Assembly (NCBI GenBank): GCA_002683395.1
Contig: NYTG01000087.1
Coordinates: 1-44,092, forward strand
Length of the DNA stretch: 44,092 bases
Origin: Halieaceae bacterium
GTDB taxonomy: Bacteria; Pseudomonadota; Gammaproteobacteria; Pseudomonadales; Halieaceae
Direction: 5' to 3'
The position numbers and the translations under genes were made by a program. Position 1 is the stretch's first letter, and each line of letters starts with the position of its first letter. Below are positions 28,804 through 38,027 of this stretch, piece by piece. A model generated the notes under the pieces. It was not told the origin of the DNA. It worked only from the letters and a program-made list of their open reading frames with translations, and made no database searches.

Positions 28804-31023
28804 GTGGTAACAACAACACTCCAAGCGCTCAGCGGATCCTTTCCCGGTATTACGTCACGGCTGGGATCACGCGCCACTGCCCATTCATTACCCCGAGAAG
28901 GGGAGTTCGCTAACAGCTCACTCGCCGCTTTTGAGCAGCTGATTGCAGACTACCTGCCGCTGAACCAAGCGCAGCAGGTCCGGCGTGCTTACTATTACTC
29001 TGAACAAGCCCACTACGGGCAAACCCGGCGCAGCGGAGAGCCTTACGTCACTCACCCCCTCGCGGTGGCGAGTATTCTTGCTCGTATGCACATGGATGCA
29101 CAGAGCCTCATGGCAGCGCTTCTCCATGATGTCATTGAAGACACCGGGGTCAACAAAGAAGACATTGGCGCTCAGTTTGGTGACGAGGTTGCCGAGCTTG
29201 TTGACGGTGTCAGCAAGCTGACACACGTCGAATTTGATTCCGTCGAACTCAGGCAGGCAGAGAACTTCCAAAAAATGACGCTGGCGATGGCGAAGGATAT
29301 CCGGGTCATACTCGTTAAGCTGGCGGACCGCTTGCACAACATGCGGACACTGGGAGTGCTGAATCGGGAAAAAATAAAGCGGATCGCCGGTGAAACACTT
29401 GATATCTATGCCCCTATTGCGATGCGTCTCGGCATGAATGAAGTGCGGATGGAGTTTGAGGATCTGGGACTCAAGGCCCTCTACCCCATGCGCGCCAGGC
29501 GTTTGGAGGCTGCGCGGCGCTCCGCCAGTGGAAACCGCACACAGCTGATAGATCAGATTCGCGACCAGCTGGGCCAGACGCTGAGTCGAGAGGGGCTGGG
29601 CGCTACCGTCGCCGGCAGAGAAAAGCACCTCTACAGCATCTATAGCAAGATGAAAGCGAAGCGAAAATCCTTCTCTGAGGTCATGGATATTTTTGCGTTT
29701 CGCCTGATCGTCGACTCGGTGGATGACTGCTATCGGGCGCTTGGCATGGTACACAGTCTGTATAAGCCGGTACCGGGAGAATTCAAGGATTACATTGCCA
29801 TCCCCAAGGCAAACGGCTACCAATCGCTGCATACCGTGCTGAAAGGGATGCACGGTGTTCCCATCGAGATTCAGATTCGCACCCATGAAATGGAAGACAT
29901 GGCGAACAACGGCATTGCTGCCCACTGGCTTTATAAAACCGAAGAAACTGGCGCCAGCATGTCGCACACCCGAGCACGGGAGTGGGTTCAGGGGCTGCTG
30001 GAGATGCAACAGCGCGCCGGGGATTCATTGGAGTTTATTGAAAACGTCAAGATCGACCTCTTCCCTGACGAGGTTTATGTCTTTACGCCCCGGGGCGATA
30101 TTCTCGAGCTGCCTAAAGGGTCCTGCGCCCTCGATTTTGCCTATGCCGTCCACAGCGACATCGGTAATCACTGTGTCGCAGCGCGAGTCACCAACCAGCT
30201 GGTGCCCCTGTCAGAGCCGCTGGAGAGTGGCGCGACCGTGGAGATCGTCACGTCGCCGACTGGCCGCCCCAGCCCCTCGTGGTTGAACTGGGTGGTGACG
30301 GCAAGGGCGCGAACTCACATACGACACTTTTTGAAAGACCAACGTCGTGAAGATTCTCTGGCGCTGGGGCGCAACCTCCTCGATCGAGCACTGATGGCGC
30401 ACGATACCCGGCTCAATGCCATCAATGAAAAAACGCTAGCGACGGCCCTCAGCGCGCTGGGAAAGGCCGACGTAGAAACCCTGATGGTAGACGTGGCGCT
30501 CGGCAATACGCTGCCTAATATCGCCGTGGCGCATCTGACCAGCGCCAGCAATAACTCCGCCGTCAGCGGCGAAGCCGCGACCCTGGGCATCCGCGGTACC
30601 GAGGGCGTCGGTGTGACGTATGCGAAATGTTGCTGTCCCCTGCCTGGCGACCCGATTCAGGGGTACCTTGGTCAGGAAAAAGGGTTAATGGTGCATCGTG
30701 ACAACTGCCGCAACTTACTGGAAATGCGTGAGCAGCCTGACCGACTCATCTCGCTGCACTGGGATGAAATGGTTGAGCGCAGCTACCCGGTGGGGCTCAG
30801 GGTGCAGGTCGAAAATCGTCGCGGCATGATTGCCGTCCTCGCGACGCGACTCAGCGCGATCGGCCTCAACATCGAGCGCATTGCCACACAGAACAAAGAT
30901 GTTCAGTTCACCTTTGTCGATCTCGAGCTGCAGGTTAGCAGCAGAACCCATCTGGCGCGGGCCATGAAACGATTGCGCAGCGTCGAGGGCGTACTCAAGG
31001 TGGTGCGCAGCGCACGGCGCTGA
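28804..31023 (+). CDS. spoT: Bifunctional (p)ppGpp synthetase/hydrolase
   Basis: RRSGEPY..HP, intact HD motif (LLHDVIED), KLADRLHNMRT, GYQSLH, EIQIRT, TGS (FAYAVHS), KCC.P.PGD zinc finger and ACT domain; gmk-rpoZ-spoT order. Confidence 0.96.
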   Translation: MVTTTLQALSGSFPGITSRLGSRATAHSLPREGEFANSSLAAFEQLIADYLPLNQAQQVRRAYYYSEQAHYGQTRRSGEPYVTHPLAVASILARMHMDAQSLMAALLHDVIEDTGVNKEDIGAQFGDEVAELVDGVSKLTHVEFDSVELRQAENFQKMTLAMAKDIRVILVKLADRLHNMRTLGVLNREKIKRIAGETLDIYAPIAMRLGMNEVRMEFEDLGLKALYPMRARRLEAARRSASGNRTQLIDQIRDQLGQTLSREGLGATVAGREKHLYSIYSKMKAKRKSFSEVMDIFAFRLIVDSVDDCYRALGMVHSLYKPVPGEFKDYIAIPKANGYQSLHTVLKGMHGVPIEIQIRTHEMEDMANNGIAAHWLYKTEETGASMSHTRAREWVQGLLEMQQRAGDSLEFIENVKIDLFPDEVYVFTPRGDILELPKGSCALDFAYAVHSDIGNHCVAARVTNQLVPLSEPLESGATVEIVTSPTGRPSPSWLNWVVTARARTHIRHFLKDQRREDSLALGRNLLDRALMAHDTRLNAINEKTLATALSALGKADVETLMVDVALGNTLPNIAVAHLTSASNNSAVSGEAATLGIRGTEGVGVTYAKCCCPLPGDPIQGYLGQEKGLMVHRDNCRNLLEMREQPDRLISLHWDEMVERSYPVGLRVQVENRRGMIAVLATRLSAIGLNIERIATQNKDVQFTFVDLELQVSSRTHLARAMKRLRSVEGVLKVVRSARR

Positions 31024-31136
31024 TGCTGTCTATCACACACGGTAGTATCAGTCGCCGTCGCTTTCTGCTGGGCCTTGCAGCCTCGCTCAGTCCGTTATTC
31101 AATAAAGTGCCCTCTGCACATTCACGGGAGTTCGTT

Positions 31137-31520
31137 GTGTCCAACAGAGCCGTTATCGCCACTCAATCAGCACCGCAGGCCATCGGGCCTTACTCGCAGG
31201 GCATCAAGGTCGGGAATACTGTCTGGATATCGGGCCAAATACCGCTTGATCCAGTTTCTATGGAAATGGTGACGGCTAACATTACTGCCGAGGCAGAGCA
31301 GGTATTCAATAACCTCAGTGCGGTCGCAACAGCTGCGGGCGGAACGTTGGATGACGCCGTCAAAATTAATATTTCACTGACGGACCTCGGAGACTTTGAT
31401 GCCGTCAACGCCGTGATGGCCAGCCACTTCAATGACCCCTATCCCGCAAGAGCCTGCGTTCAGGTCGCCGCGTTGCCCAAAGGTGCGCGCATCGAAGTCG
31501 AGGCCATTCTCGCCCTTTAA
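31137..31520 (+). CDS. ridA: RidA family enamine/imine deaminase (possible longer isoform from 31023)
   Basis: APQAIGPYSQ, ISGQIP, catalytic Arg in PARACVQV, LPKGARIEVE. GGGAG lies 6 nt before GTG 31137. Confidence 0.94.
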   Translation: MSNRAVIATQSAPQAIGPYSQGIKVGNTVWISGQIPLDPVSMEMVTANITAEAEQVFNNLSAVATAAGGTLDDAVKINISLTDLGDFDAVNAVMASHFNDPYPARACVQVAALPKGARIEVEAILAL

Positions 31521-31532
31521 GCCGGGGCTGAT

Positions 31533-32384
31533 CTACGCTTGTCCCGATGTCGCCCGAGTATTCAGCGCGGCGGCATAGCCCTCACGCCAAGTGGGGTAGG
31601 ACAGCGTAAATCCGATCGACTCTAGGAGGGTGCTTCGGCAGCGCCGGTTGGCGCGCGCACGGGCACCGCTCGTTTGTCTGACAATAGCCACGTCGAGTTG
31701 TGTAGCCAGCCAATCTTCTACCTCGTGGGTCGGGGTCGTATCGTGATCCGCCCCGATCAACGTCGGTGGCACCGATTGGCCCCTCTGATCACGAATCAGG
31801 CAATGGACGATCAGCCGTGACAAGTCGTCGCGATGAATACGATTGCCGTAGCGGGCATCTGTTGCACCACCCTCTCCTGAGCGCACCCGCCGGATCAGCA
31901 TCCCCTCCGAATCTCCGTAAACCCCGGCAGGACGGATAATCGTCGCGGTGGCAGCGCGGCGAATCGTCGCTTCTGCGGCTACCATGGCATGCGCTTGCGG
32001 CTCATCGAGATTCAATGGCGAATGCTCATCCACCCAGCCACCCTCCGACTCACGATAAACCCGAGTCGAAGAGACCCAGATCAACCGGCGGCACTGGCGC
32101 AACCAGCCCTGCGCTGCCAGTGACTGCGCTACGCCGGCAAAACCGGCATGATAGCCCGCAGGGTCGTAAGACTGCGGCGTGGGCGTGACCACAACGTAGT
32201 CAGGTTGGATGGGTGCCATCGCAGCAAAGCTGTCGGGATCCGTTAGATCGAGCGCGTAACCCTCAAAGGTCGACGGCAGCTGATTCGGATTGCGGCGCAC
32301 GGCGGCAACGCGCCAGTCTCTCTCGATAAGAGAGGCCCCAACGCGTGCGCCAATATCACCACAGCCGAGGATCAGCACCTGCAT
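31533..32384 (-). CDS. Atypical SDR / NAD-dependent epimerase family protein (YeeZ-like)
   Basis: ILGCGDIG Rossmann motif, VSSTRVY, R.AGVYG and NRIHRDDL. Confidence 0.85.
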   Translation of the reverse strand: MQVLILGCGDIGARVGASLIERDWRVAAVRRNPNQLPSTFEGYALDLTDPDSFAAMAPIQPDYVVVTPTPQSYDPAGYHAGFAGVAQSLAAQGWLRQCRRLIWVSSTRVYRESEGGWVDEHSPLNLDEPQAHAMVAAEATIRRAATATIIRPAGVYGDSEGMLIRRVRSGEGGATDARYGNRIHRDDLSRLIVHCLIRDQRGQSVPPTLIGADHDTTPTHEVEDWLATQLDVAIVRQTSGARARANRRCRSTLLESIGFTLSYPTWREGYAAALNTRATSGQA

Positions 32385-32455
32385 AGCTTCACGACCTCAT
32401 CAAAGAGTGGCTAAGATACCACCCTAGCACGAGACCTTTTCTCAACGGGATACGC

Positions 32456-34519
32456 TTGAGTCAAACCATTCTCCAGAACCCCGTAACAGTCCTCCGTGGG
32501 GTGGGCAACAAAATGGCCGCCCGGCTATCGGACATCGGTATCCGGTCGCTCGAGGATTTACTGTTCCATTTTCCACTGCGTTATCAAGACAGGACGCAGG
32601 TTACTCCCATCGGTGGGCTGCAAGATCAAGTGGATGGATTGATCGAGGGCGAAATTCGCGCAGCCGCCGTTACCCTGGGCCGGCGACGTACGTTAGTCGT
32701 AAAGGTAGAAGACGGCAGCGGACTACTTACCGTTCGTTTTTTTCATTTTCGGCAGGCGCAGGTCTCGCAGTTCAAACAGGGCGCTACGGTGCAGCTTTTT
32801 GGCACCCCTCGTCGTCTGGGCGGACAGCTTGAAATGATTCACCCGGAGTACCGGCTGGGCGAGGGAGGCAATCTTGTGGAGACCGCGCTGACGCCGGTGT
32901 ATCCCACAGTCAGCGGCCTCGGCCAGAACACCTGGCGCAAGCTTTGCGGTCAGGCGTTGACCCTGCTTGGCAACAACCCTCCCGAGGATTTGCTAGCCAA
33001 TCTGACCGAGGACCAGATCACACTCCCCGAGGCCATTGCCTTTCTCCATAACCCACCGCCCGCCGCGGCATTGAGTGAGATCCAGCAGGGTCATCACCCC
33101 GCCCAGATCCGGCTGGCCCGTGAGGAATTGATCGCCCACCAGCTGACCGTGCAGGGCGTGCGTGACACGGAGCGACAACATCGTGCACCGTCTATCGCGT
33201 CCTTATCACCTATCACGACAGCGTTTCTTGCCAGCCTTCCGTTTACACCAACGGCCGCGCAAGAACGCGTAGCTCAGGAGCTGGCAGACGATATGTCTGC
33301 ACAGCAACCCATGCTGCGGCTCGTGCAGGGCGATGTTGGCTCAGGAAAAACCCTCGTCGCCGCGCGGGCAGCACTGGATACCCTATCGGCCGGCTATCAG
33401 GTTGCCTTTATGGCACCCACCGAGCTCTTGGCCGAACAGCATTTTGCCAATCTGCAGACTTGGTTCGCTCCGTTAGGACTATCGGTAACCTGGTTAAGTG
33501 GTCGCACCAAGGGCAGAGCTCGCAAAGCCGTCCTCGACAAGCTAGTAACGGGTGAAGCGGGCATCGTAGTCGGCACACACGCCCTTTTTCAGGAGGATGT
33601 CCGGTTTGATCAACTCGGTCTCATCATTGTCGACGAGCAACACCGTTTTGGCGTTCATCAGCGTCTGGCACTCGCCGATAAAGGGGCCGAGGAACAGCGT
33701 CCTCATCAGCTTGCGCTCACCGCGACACCGATTCCGCGTTCATTGGCTATGGTCGCTTATGGTGATCTCGATTGCTCGATCATTGACGAACTCCCGCCGG
33801 GTCGGCAACCCGTGACCACCACTCTGATCGACCACGCCCGCCGCGAGGCAGTGATCCGAAGAGTGGGCGTAGCCTGCAGTGAAGGCCGGCAGGCCTACTG
33901 GGTTTGCACCGCCATTGAAGAAAGTGACACGCTCGACATCGAGGCCGCCGAAGCAACACGGGACGCGTTAAGCCATGCATTGGCTGATACCGCTATTGGT
34001 CTGGTACACGGCAAGCTCAAGCCCACGGAGAAGGCAGCGGTCATGGAGCAGTTCAAACGCGGCGACCTACAGCTGCTGGTGGCGACCACGGTCATTGAAG
34101 TGGGCGTGGACGTGCCTAACGCCAGCCTGATGATTATCGACAACGCCGAGCGGCTCGGCCTGGCACAGCTGCATCAGCTGAGAGGGCGAGTGGGACGAGG
34201 GACCCTCGATAGTCACTGCTTGCTTTTGTTCCGCCAACCGCTGTCTGCCACCGCTCAGCAGCGGCTAAAAGTGATGCAGGACTCCCACGATGGCTTTGTT
34301 ATCGCTGAGGCTGATCTGGAGATTCGGGGGCCCGGAGAGCTACTGGGTACGAGACAAACCGGTCTCGCTGAGTTCCGCGTGGCGCGGCTACCCGAGCACG
34401 AACCGCTGCTGATCGAAGCACAGGCCTTAGCGGCTCGAATGTATCAAAGCGATCCGGAGCGCGCGCGCGGTCTGATGCAGCGCTGGTCCGGCGCCCGGGC
34501 TGATTTTGCCCGGGTTTGA
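32456..34519 (+). CDS. recG: ATP-dependent DNA helicase RecG
   Basis: QGDVGSGKT, DEQHRFG, TATPIPR, QLRGRVGRG and DLEIRGPGELLGTRQTG motifs. Confidence 0.97.
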   Translation: MSQTILQNPVTVLRGVGNKMAARLSDIGIRSLEDLLFHFPLRYQDRTQVTPIGGLQDQVDGLIEGEIRAAAVTLGRRRTLVVKVEDGSGLLTVRFFHFRQAQVSQFKQGATVQLFGTPRRLGGQLEMIHPEYRLGEGGNLVETALTPVYPTVSGLGQNTWRKLCGQALTLLGNNPPEDLLANLTEDQITLPEAIAFLHNPPPAAALSEIQQGHHPAQIRLAREELIAHQLTVQGVRDTERQHRAPSIASLSPITTAFLASLPFTPTAAQERVAQELADDMSAQQPMLRLVQGDVGSGKTLVAARAALDTLSAGYQVAFMAPTELLAEQHFANLQTWFAPLGLSVTWLSGRTKGRARKAVLDKLVTGEAGIVVGTHALFQEDVRFDQLGLIIVDEQHRFGVHQRLALADKGAEEQRPHQLALTATPIPRSLAMVAYGDLDCSIIDELPPGRQPVTTTLIDHARREAVIRRVGVACSEGRQAYWVCTAIEESDTLDIEAAEATRDALSHALADTAIGLVHGKLKPTEKAAVMEQFKRGDLQLLVATTVIEVGVDVPNASLMIIDNAERLGLAQLHQLRGRVGRGTLDSHCLLLFRQPLSATAQQRLKVMQDSHDGFVIAEADLEIRGPGELLGTRQTGLAEFRVARLPEHEPLLIEAQALAARMYQSDPERARGLMQRWSGARADFARV

Positions 34520-34587
34520 TCAACAGGTGTCGCATCCCCCCACACAGGCCGCTAGACTGTCAGCCCGCGTTACAAGAATCACACCCG

Positions 34588-35502
34588 TTGACTGAGTCGT
34601 CCTCCCCCCTCGATACCGCCAACGCTCCTGCTTCCAGCAGGTGGCGCGCCATGATCGAGATCACACGCTTTGACAAGCCCATTGGGACGTTCCTGCTACT
34701 GGCGCCAACGCTCTGGGGCATCGTGCTCGCCAATGAAGGCTATCCACCACTTCACCTGGTCGGCATCTTTTTGGCTGGTGCGGTCGTGATGCGCGCCGCG
34801 GGCTGCATCGCCAATGATCTCGCGGACCGCAACCTCGATGGTTACGTCGAACGCACTCGCTTGCGACCACTGGTAACGGGCGCGCTGAGCGTGAAAGAGG
34901 CGGTCGTACTGTTACTGGCACTGTTAGTTATCGCCCTGATGTTGGTGGCACTGACCAACACGCTGACCATTCAGCTCTCTTTTGCCGGAGCAGCACTCGC
35001 GCTGATTTATCCGTTGATGAAGCGCGTCACCCACTGGCCCCAAATTGTGCTGGGCGTTGCTTTTGCCTGGAGTATTCCGATGGCCTTCGCGGCTAGCACC
35101 AGCGCGCTACCCAGCGCGCTGTGGTGGCTGTTCGCCGCTAACGTGCTGTGGACGGTGGTTTACGACACGCAATACGCCATGGTCGACAGAGAAGACGATC
35201 TGGCCGTCGGTATAAAATCGACCGCCATTCTATTCGGAGACCTCGATGTCCGAATTATTGGCCTCCTGCAGTGCCTCTGCCTGTTCGCCTTTTGGCGCTG
35301 CGGCGTCGCCTTTGAGCTCGGCTTCATTTATGACGCCGCCGTTATCGCGGTTGGTGCGCTTTTTGGCCGCCACTTGTGGCGGATCAGGACACGGGATACT
35401 CGCCAGTGTTTTATCGCCTTTAACCAGAGCAAATGGATTGGACTGCTGATCCTGGTGGGCCTGTGCGGTCACTTCTGGCTCGGCACCGGCGCGGCCCTCT
35501 AA
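34588..35502 (+). CDS. ubiA: 4-hydroxybenzoate polyprenyltransferase
   Basis: RFDKPIG, NDLADRNLD, RT..RPL, YPLMKR and YDTQYAMVDREDD motifs. Start could be 34516, 34588 or 34651. Confidence 0.94.
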   Translation: MTESSSPLDTANAPASSRWRAMIEITRFDKPIGTFLLLAPTLWGIVLANEGYPPLHLVGIFLAGAVVMRAAGCIANDLADRNLDGYVERTRLRPLVTGALSVKEAVVLLLALLVIALMLVALTNTLTIQLSFAGAALALIYPLMKRVTHWPQIVLGVAFAWSIPMAFAASTSALPSALWWLFAANVLWTVVYDTQYAMVDREDDLAVGIKSTAILFGDLDVRIIGLLQCLCLFAFWRCGVAFELGFIYDAAVIAVGALFGRHLWRIRTRDTRQCFIAFNQSKWIGLLILVGLCGHFWLGTGAAL

Positions 35503-35508
35503 CACCCC

Positions 35509-36663
35509 ATGGACCCCCTTCATGCCACCGTCCATCGGTCACTGACCGAGATTGAGTCCAGTGAGTGGCACCGCTATTTTGATGGCGGTGATCCTTTTTT
35601 AAGCTGGCACTTTCTGACAGGCCTCGAGGCATCGGGTTGCACCACCGTAGAAACCGGCTGGCAGCCCACACATGTTCGCCTCGAGCAGTCGGGGTCGCTG
35701 GTGGGGCTCGTACCCGCTTACCTCAAGACGCACAGCTACGGAGAGTATGTCTTTGACTGGTCCTGGGCTGATGCCTGGCAGCGTATGGGGCTTCGTTATT
35801 ACCCCAAACTGGTCACCGCTATTCCGTTCACTCCCGCGACCGGACAGCGCTTTGCCCAGATAGACAATGATCAGGTCGGCCTGCCACAGGTCGCTGCTGG
35901 CATGAAGGCGCTGTGTGAATCGCTCGATGTCTCCAGCTGGCATGTTCTGTTCCTTGAAGAATCGGCCTCGGCACAATTGTCAGACTGCGGCATGTCGCAA
36001 CGGCTGACGACCCAGTTCCATTGGTTTAACCGCGGCTATCGCGACTTTCAGGACTTTCTGGACCGCTTCAGCAGTCGCAAGCGCAAAAATCTACGTCGTG
36101 AGCGTGAGCAAATTAGCCGCCAAGGCCTGTCGTTAGTCACATTGAAGGGCGAGTCCATCTCTCCTGAGCACTGGCAGTTTTTTCACCGCTGTTACCAAAC
36201 GACCTATGCCAAACGATCAGGCCACGGTGGCTATTTGACGGAGGCGTTTTTTACCGAGACCTGCTCTGAGTTGGGCCAGGCGCCCGTGATGGTGATCGCC
36301 CAGCGTGAACGGCAGCCGGTCGCCGCTGCGCTATTTTTCGAGGGGGCAGACACGTTGTACGGGCGCTATTGGGGCTGCCTTGCAGAGTTTGATTACCTGC
36401 ACTTCGAAGCCTGCTATTACCGGGGCATCGAATACTGTATCGAGAAGGGTTTATCGCGTTTTGATCCGGGCGCGCAGGGGGAACACAAGATTCAGCGTGG
36501 GTTCGAGCCCATTCTCACGTACTCCAATCACTGGATTGTCGACGAAAAACTACGCGAGGCAGTCGCACAATTCTCTGCGCAAGAATCAGAACACGTGCGC
36601 GCCTATCAGCGGGAAGCCGCTACGCTGCTACCCTTTAAGCAGGAGGGCGATCAACCTGCCTGA
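35509..36663 (+). CDS. FemAB-like GNAT-fold protein (peptidoglycan biosynthesis/recognition family)
   Basis: YLKTHSYGEYVFD..WA, YYPKL...PFTP.TG, LYGRYWG, LHFEACYY and GAQGEHKIQRGF motifs. Confidence 0.88.
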   Translation: MDPLHATVHRSLTEIESSEWHRYFDGGDPFLSWHFLTGLEASGCTTVETGWQPTHVRLEQSGSLVGLVPAYLKTHSYGEYVFDWSWADAWQRMGLRYYPKLVTAIPFTPATGQRFAQIDNDQVGLPQVAAGMKALCESLDVSSWHVLFLEESASAQLSDCGMSQRLTTQFHWFNRGYRDFQDFLDRFSSRKRKNLRREREQISRQGLSLVTLKGESISPEHWQFFHRCYQTTYAKRSGHGGYLTEAFFTETCSELGQAPVMVIAQRERQPVAAALFFEGADTLYGRYWGCLAEFDYLHFEACYYRGIEYCIEKGLSRFDPGAQGEHKIQRGFEPILTYSNHWIVDEKLREAVAQFSAQESEHVRAYQREAATLLPFKQEGDQPA

Positions 36664-37436
36664 GGGGGCGCGTCGCGCAGAAACACCCAGGTATTACCCT
36701 CTGAATGATCGGCGCTGTAGTAGTAACCCTCACCCTTAAAACGCTTCAGCCTTGCGGGATCCGTCAGGCCCTCCTGAATAATGTAGCGCGCCATCAGGCC
36801 ACGCGCCTTCTTCGCAAAGAAAGAAATCATCTTGTACTGACCATTTTTCAGATCGCGGAACTGAGGAGTAATGACGTCTGCATCCAGGAGCTTTGGTTTC
36901 ACCGCCTTGAAATACTCATTAGAAGCGAGGTTGACCAGCACCGGGCTGCCACTGGCCTTAAGATGCTTCCCCAGCGTCTTGGTAATCTGATCCCCCCAGA
37001 ACTCGTAGAGGTTCTTACCACCCGCATTCTCAAAAGGCAGCCCCATTTCCAACCGGTAGGGCTGCATTAAGTCCAGCGGCCGCAACAGGCCATACAAACC
37101 CGACAGGATACGCAGGTGTTTCTGGGCGAAGGCCAACTCTTCCGCGCTGAGCGTATTGGCCTCGAGCCCCGTGTAAACATCGCCCTTGAAAGCCAGTACT
37201 GACTGCTTGGCATTACTCAGCGTGAACGTTGGGTCCCAGTTCATGAACCGCGCATGATTGAGTGCGGCAATGTTCTCCGAAACACCCATTAAGGCCTGAA
37301 TATCTTCCGGGTCCATTTTGCGGGCGTTGGCGACCAATGACGTGGCCTGCTTGATAAATAGTGGCTGCGTCGATTTTTTTGTCGTGGGTGCAGTCTCGTA
37401 GTCGAGGGTTTTAGCTGGCGACAGAATGGAAAGCAC
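36651..37436 (-). CDS. yaaA: Peroxide stress / DNA-binding protein YaaA
   Basis: ILSPAKTLD, FKGDVY, LSGLYGLLRPLD..PYRLEMG, NLASNEY and SFFAKKARG motifs; GTG 37436 with GAGG SD. Confidence 0.95.
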   Translation of the reverse strand: MLSILSPAKTLDYETAPTTKKSTQPLFIKQATSLVANARKMDPEDIQALMGVSENIAALNHARFMNWDPTFTLSNAKQSVLAFKGDVYTGLEANTLSAEELAFAQKHLRILSGLYGLLRPLDLMQPYRLEMGLPFENAGGKNLYEFWGDQITKTLGKHLKASGSPVLVNLASNEYFKAVKPKLLDADVITPQFRDLKNGQYKMISFFAKKARGLMARYIIQEGLTDPARLKRFKGEGYYYSADHSEGNTWVFLRDAPPQAG

Positions 37437-37511
37437 GGGTTTGCCTCTTCTGCAATCTATAGGAACAGAATGATAACCTTGGACGCCACCGATAAACACC
37501 ATGGGAACAAG

Positions 37512-38027
37512 ATGACAAACGAGACCCTCCCGGCGAGCAGTATCGACCAGATCATCGCCTGGCTGGGCCGCATCATCTGCTGGTGTGTTCCTGCTATGGC
37601 GCTCCTTGTCCTGATCATTGTGGTACTGCGCTACGGTTTCAACACCGGGGCGATTGCAGCGCAGGAGTCCGTGCAGTACCTGCACGCCACCGTATTTATG
37701 CTGGGCGCCGCCGTGACATTGGGCGCAGATCAGCATGTGCGGGTCGATATTTTTTATCGTAGCTTCAGTGAGCGGCAAAAGGCCTGGGTCAACATTCTCG
37801 GCCATGTCATCTTCACTTTGCCGGTGTGCGTCCTGATCGGCTGGGGATCGCTGGACTATGTGTTGGACAGCTGGTCTGCCCGAGAGGCCTCTCCGGAGCC
37901 CGGCGGACTAGCCTATGTTTTTTTGCTTAAAACCTTAATACCCGTGATGGCCTCGCTGCTGGCACTGCAATCACTGGCGCAGTGCCAGCGCGCGCTATCG
38001 TCACTGCGGCGCGGGAGCGCGTCGTGA
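37512..38027 (+). CDS. dctQ: TRAP transporter small permease
   Basis: Four TM segments; VVLRYGF, HVRVDIFY and EASPEPGGL motifs. Confidence 0.9.
   Translation: MTNETLPASSIDQIIAWLGRIICWCVPAMALLVLIIVVLRYGFNTGAIAAQESVQYLHATVFMLGAAVTLGADQHVRVDIFYRSFSERQKAWVNILGHVIFTLPVCVLIGWGSLDYVLDSWSAREASPEPGGLAYVFLLKTLIPVMASLLALQSLAQCQRALSSLRRGSAS

Noticed and set aside
28918-30009. 363-aa antisense ORF inside spoT, and similar long shadow ORFs opposite pilT, trmB, rpoH, ftsY and uvrD
   Set aside because: These are codon-aligned antisense frames of conserved genes in GC-rich DNA, with no motifs or SD.
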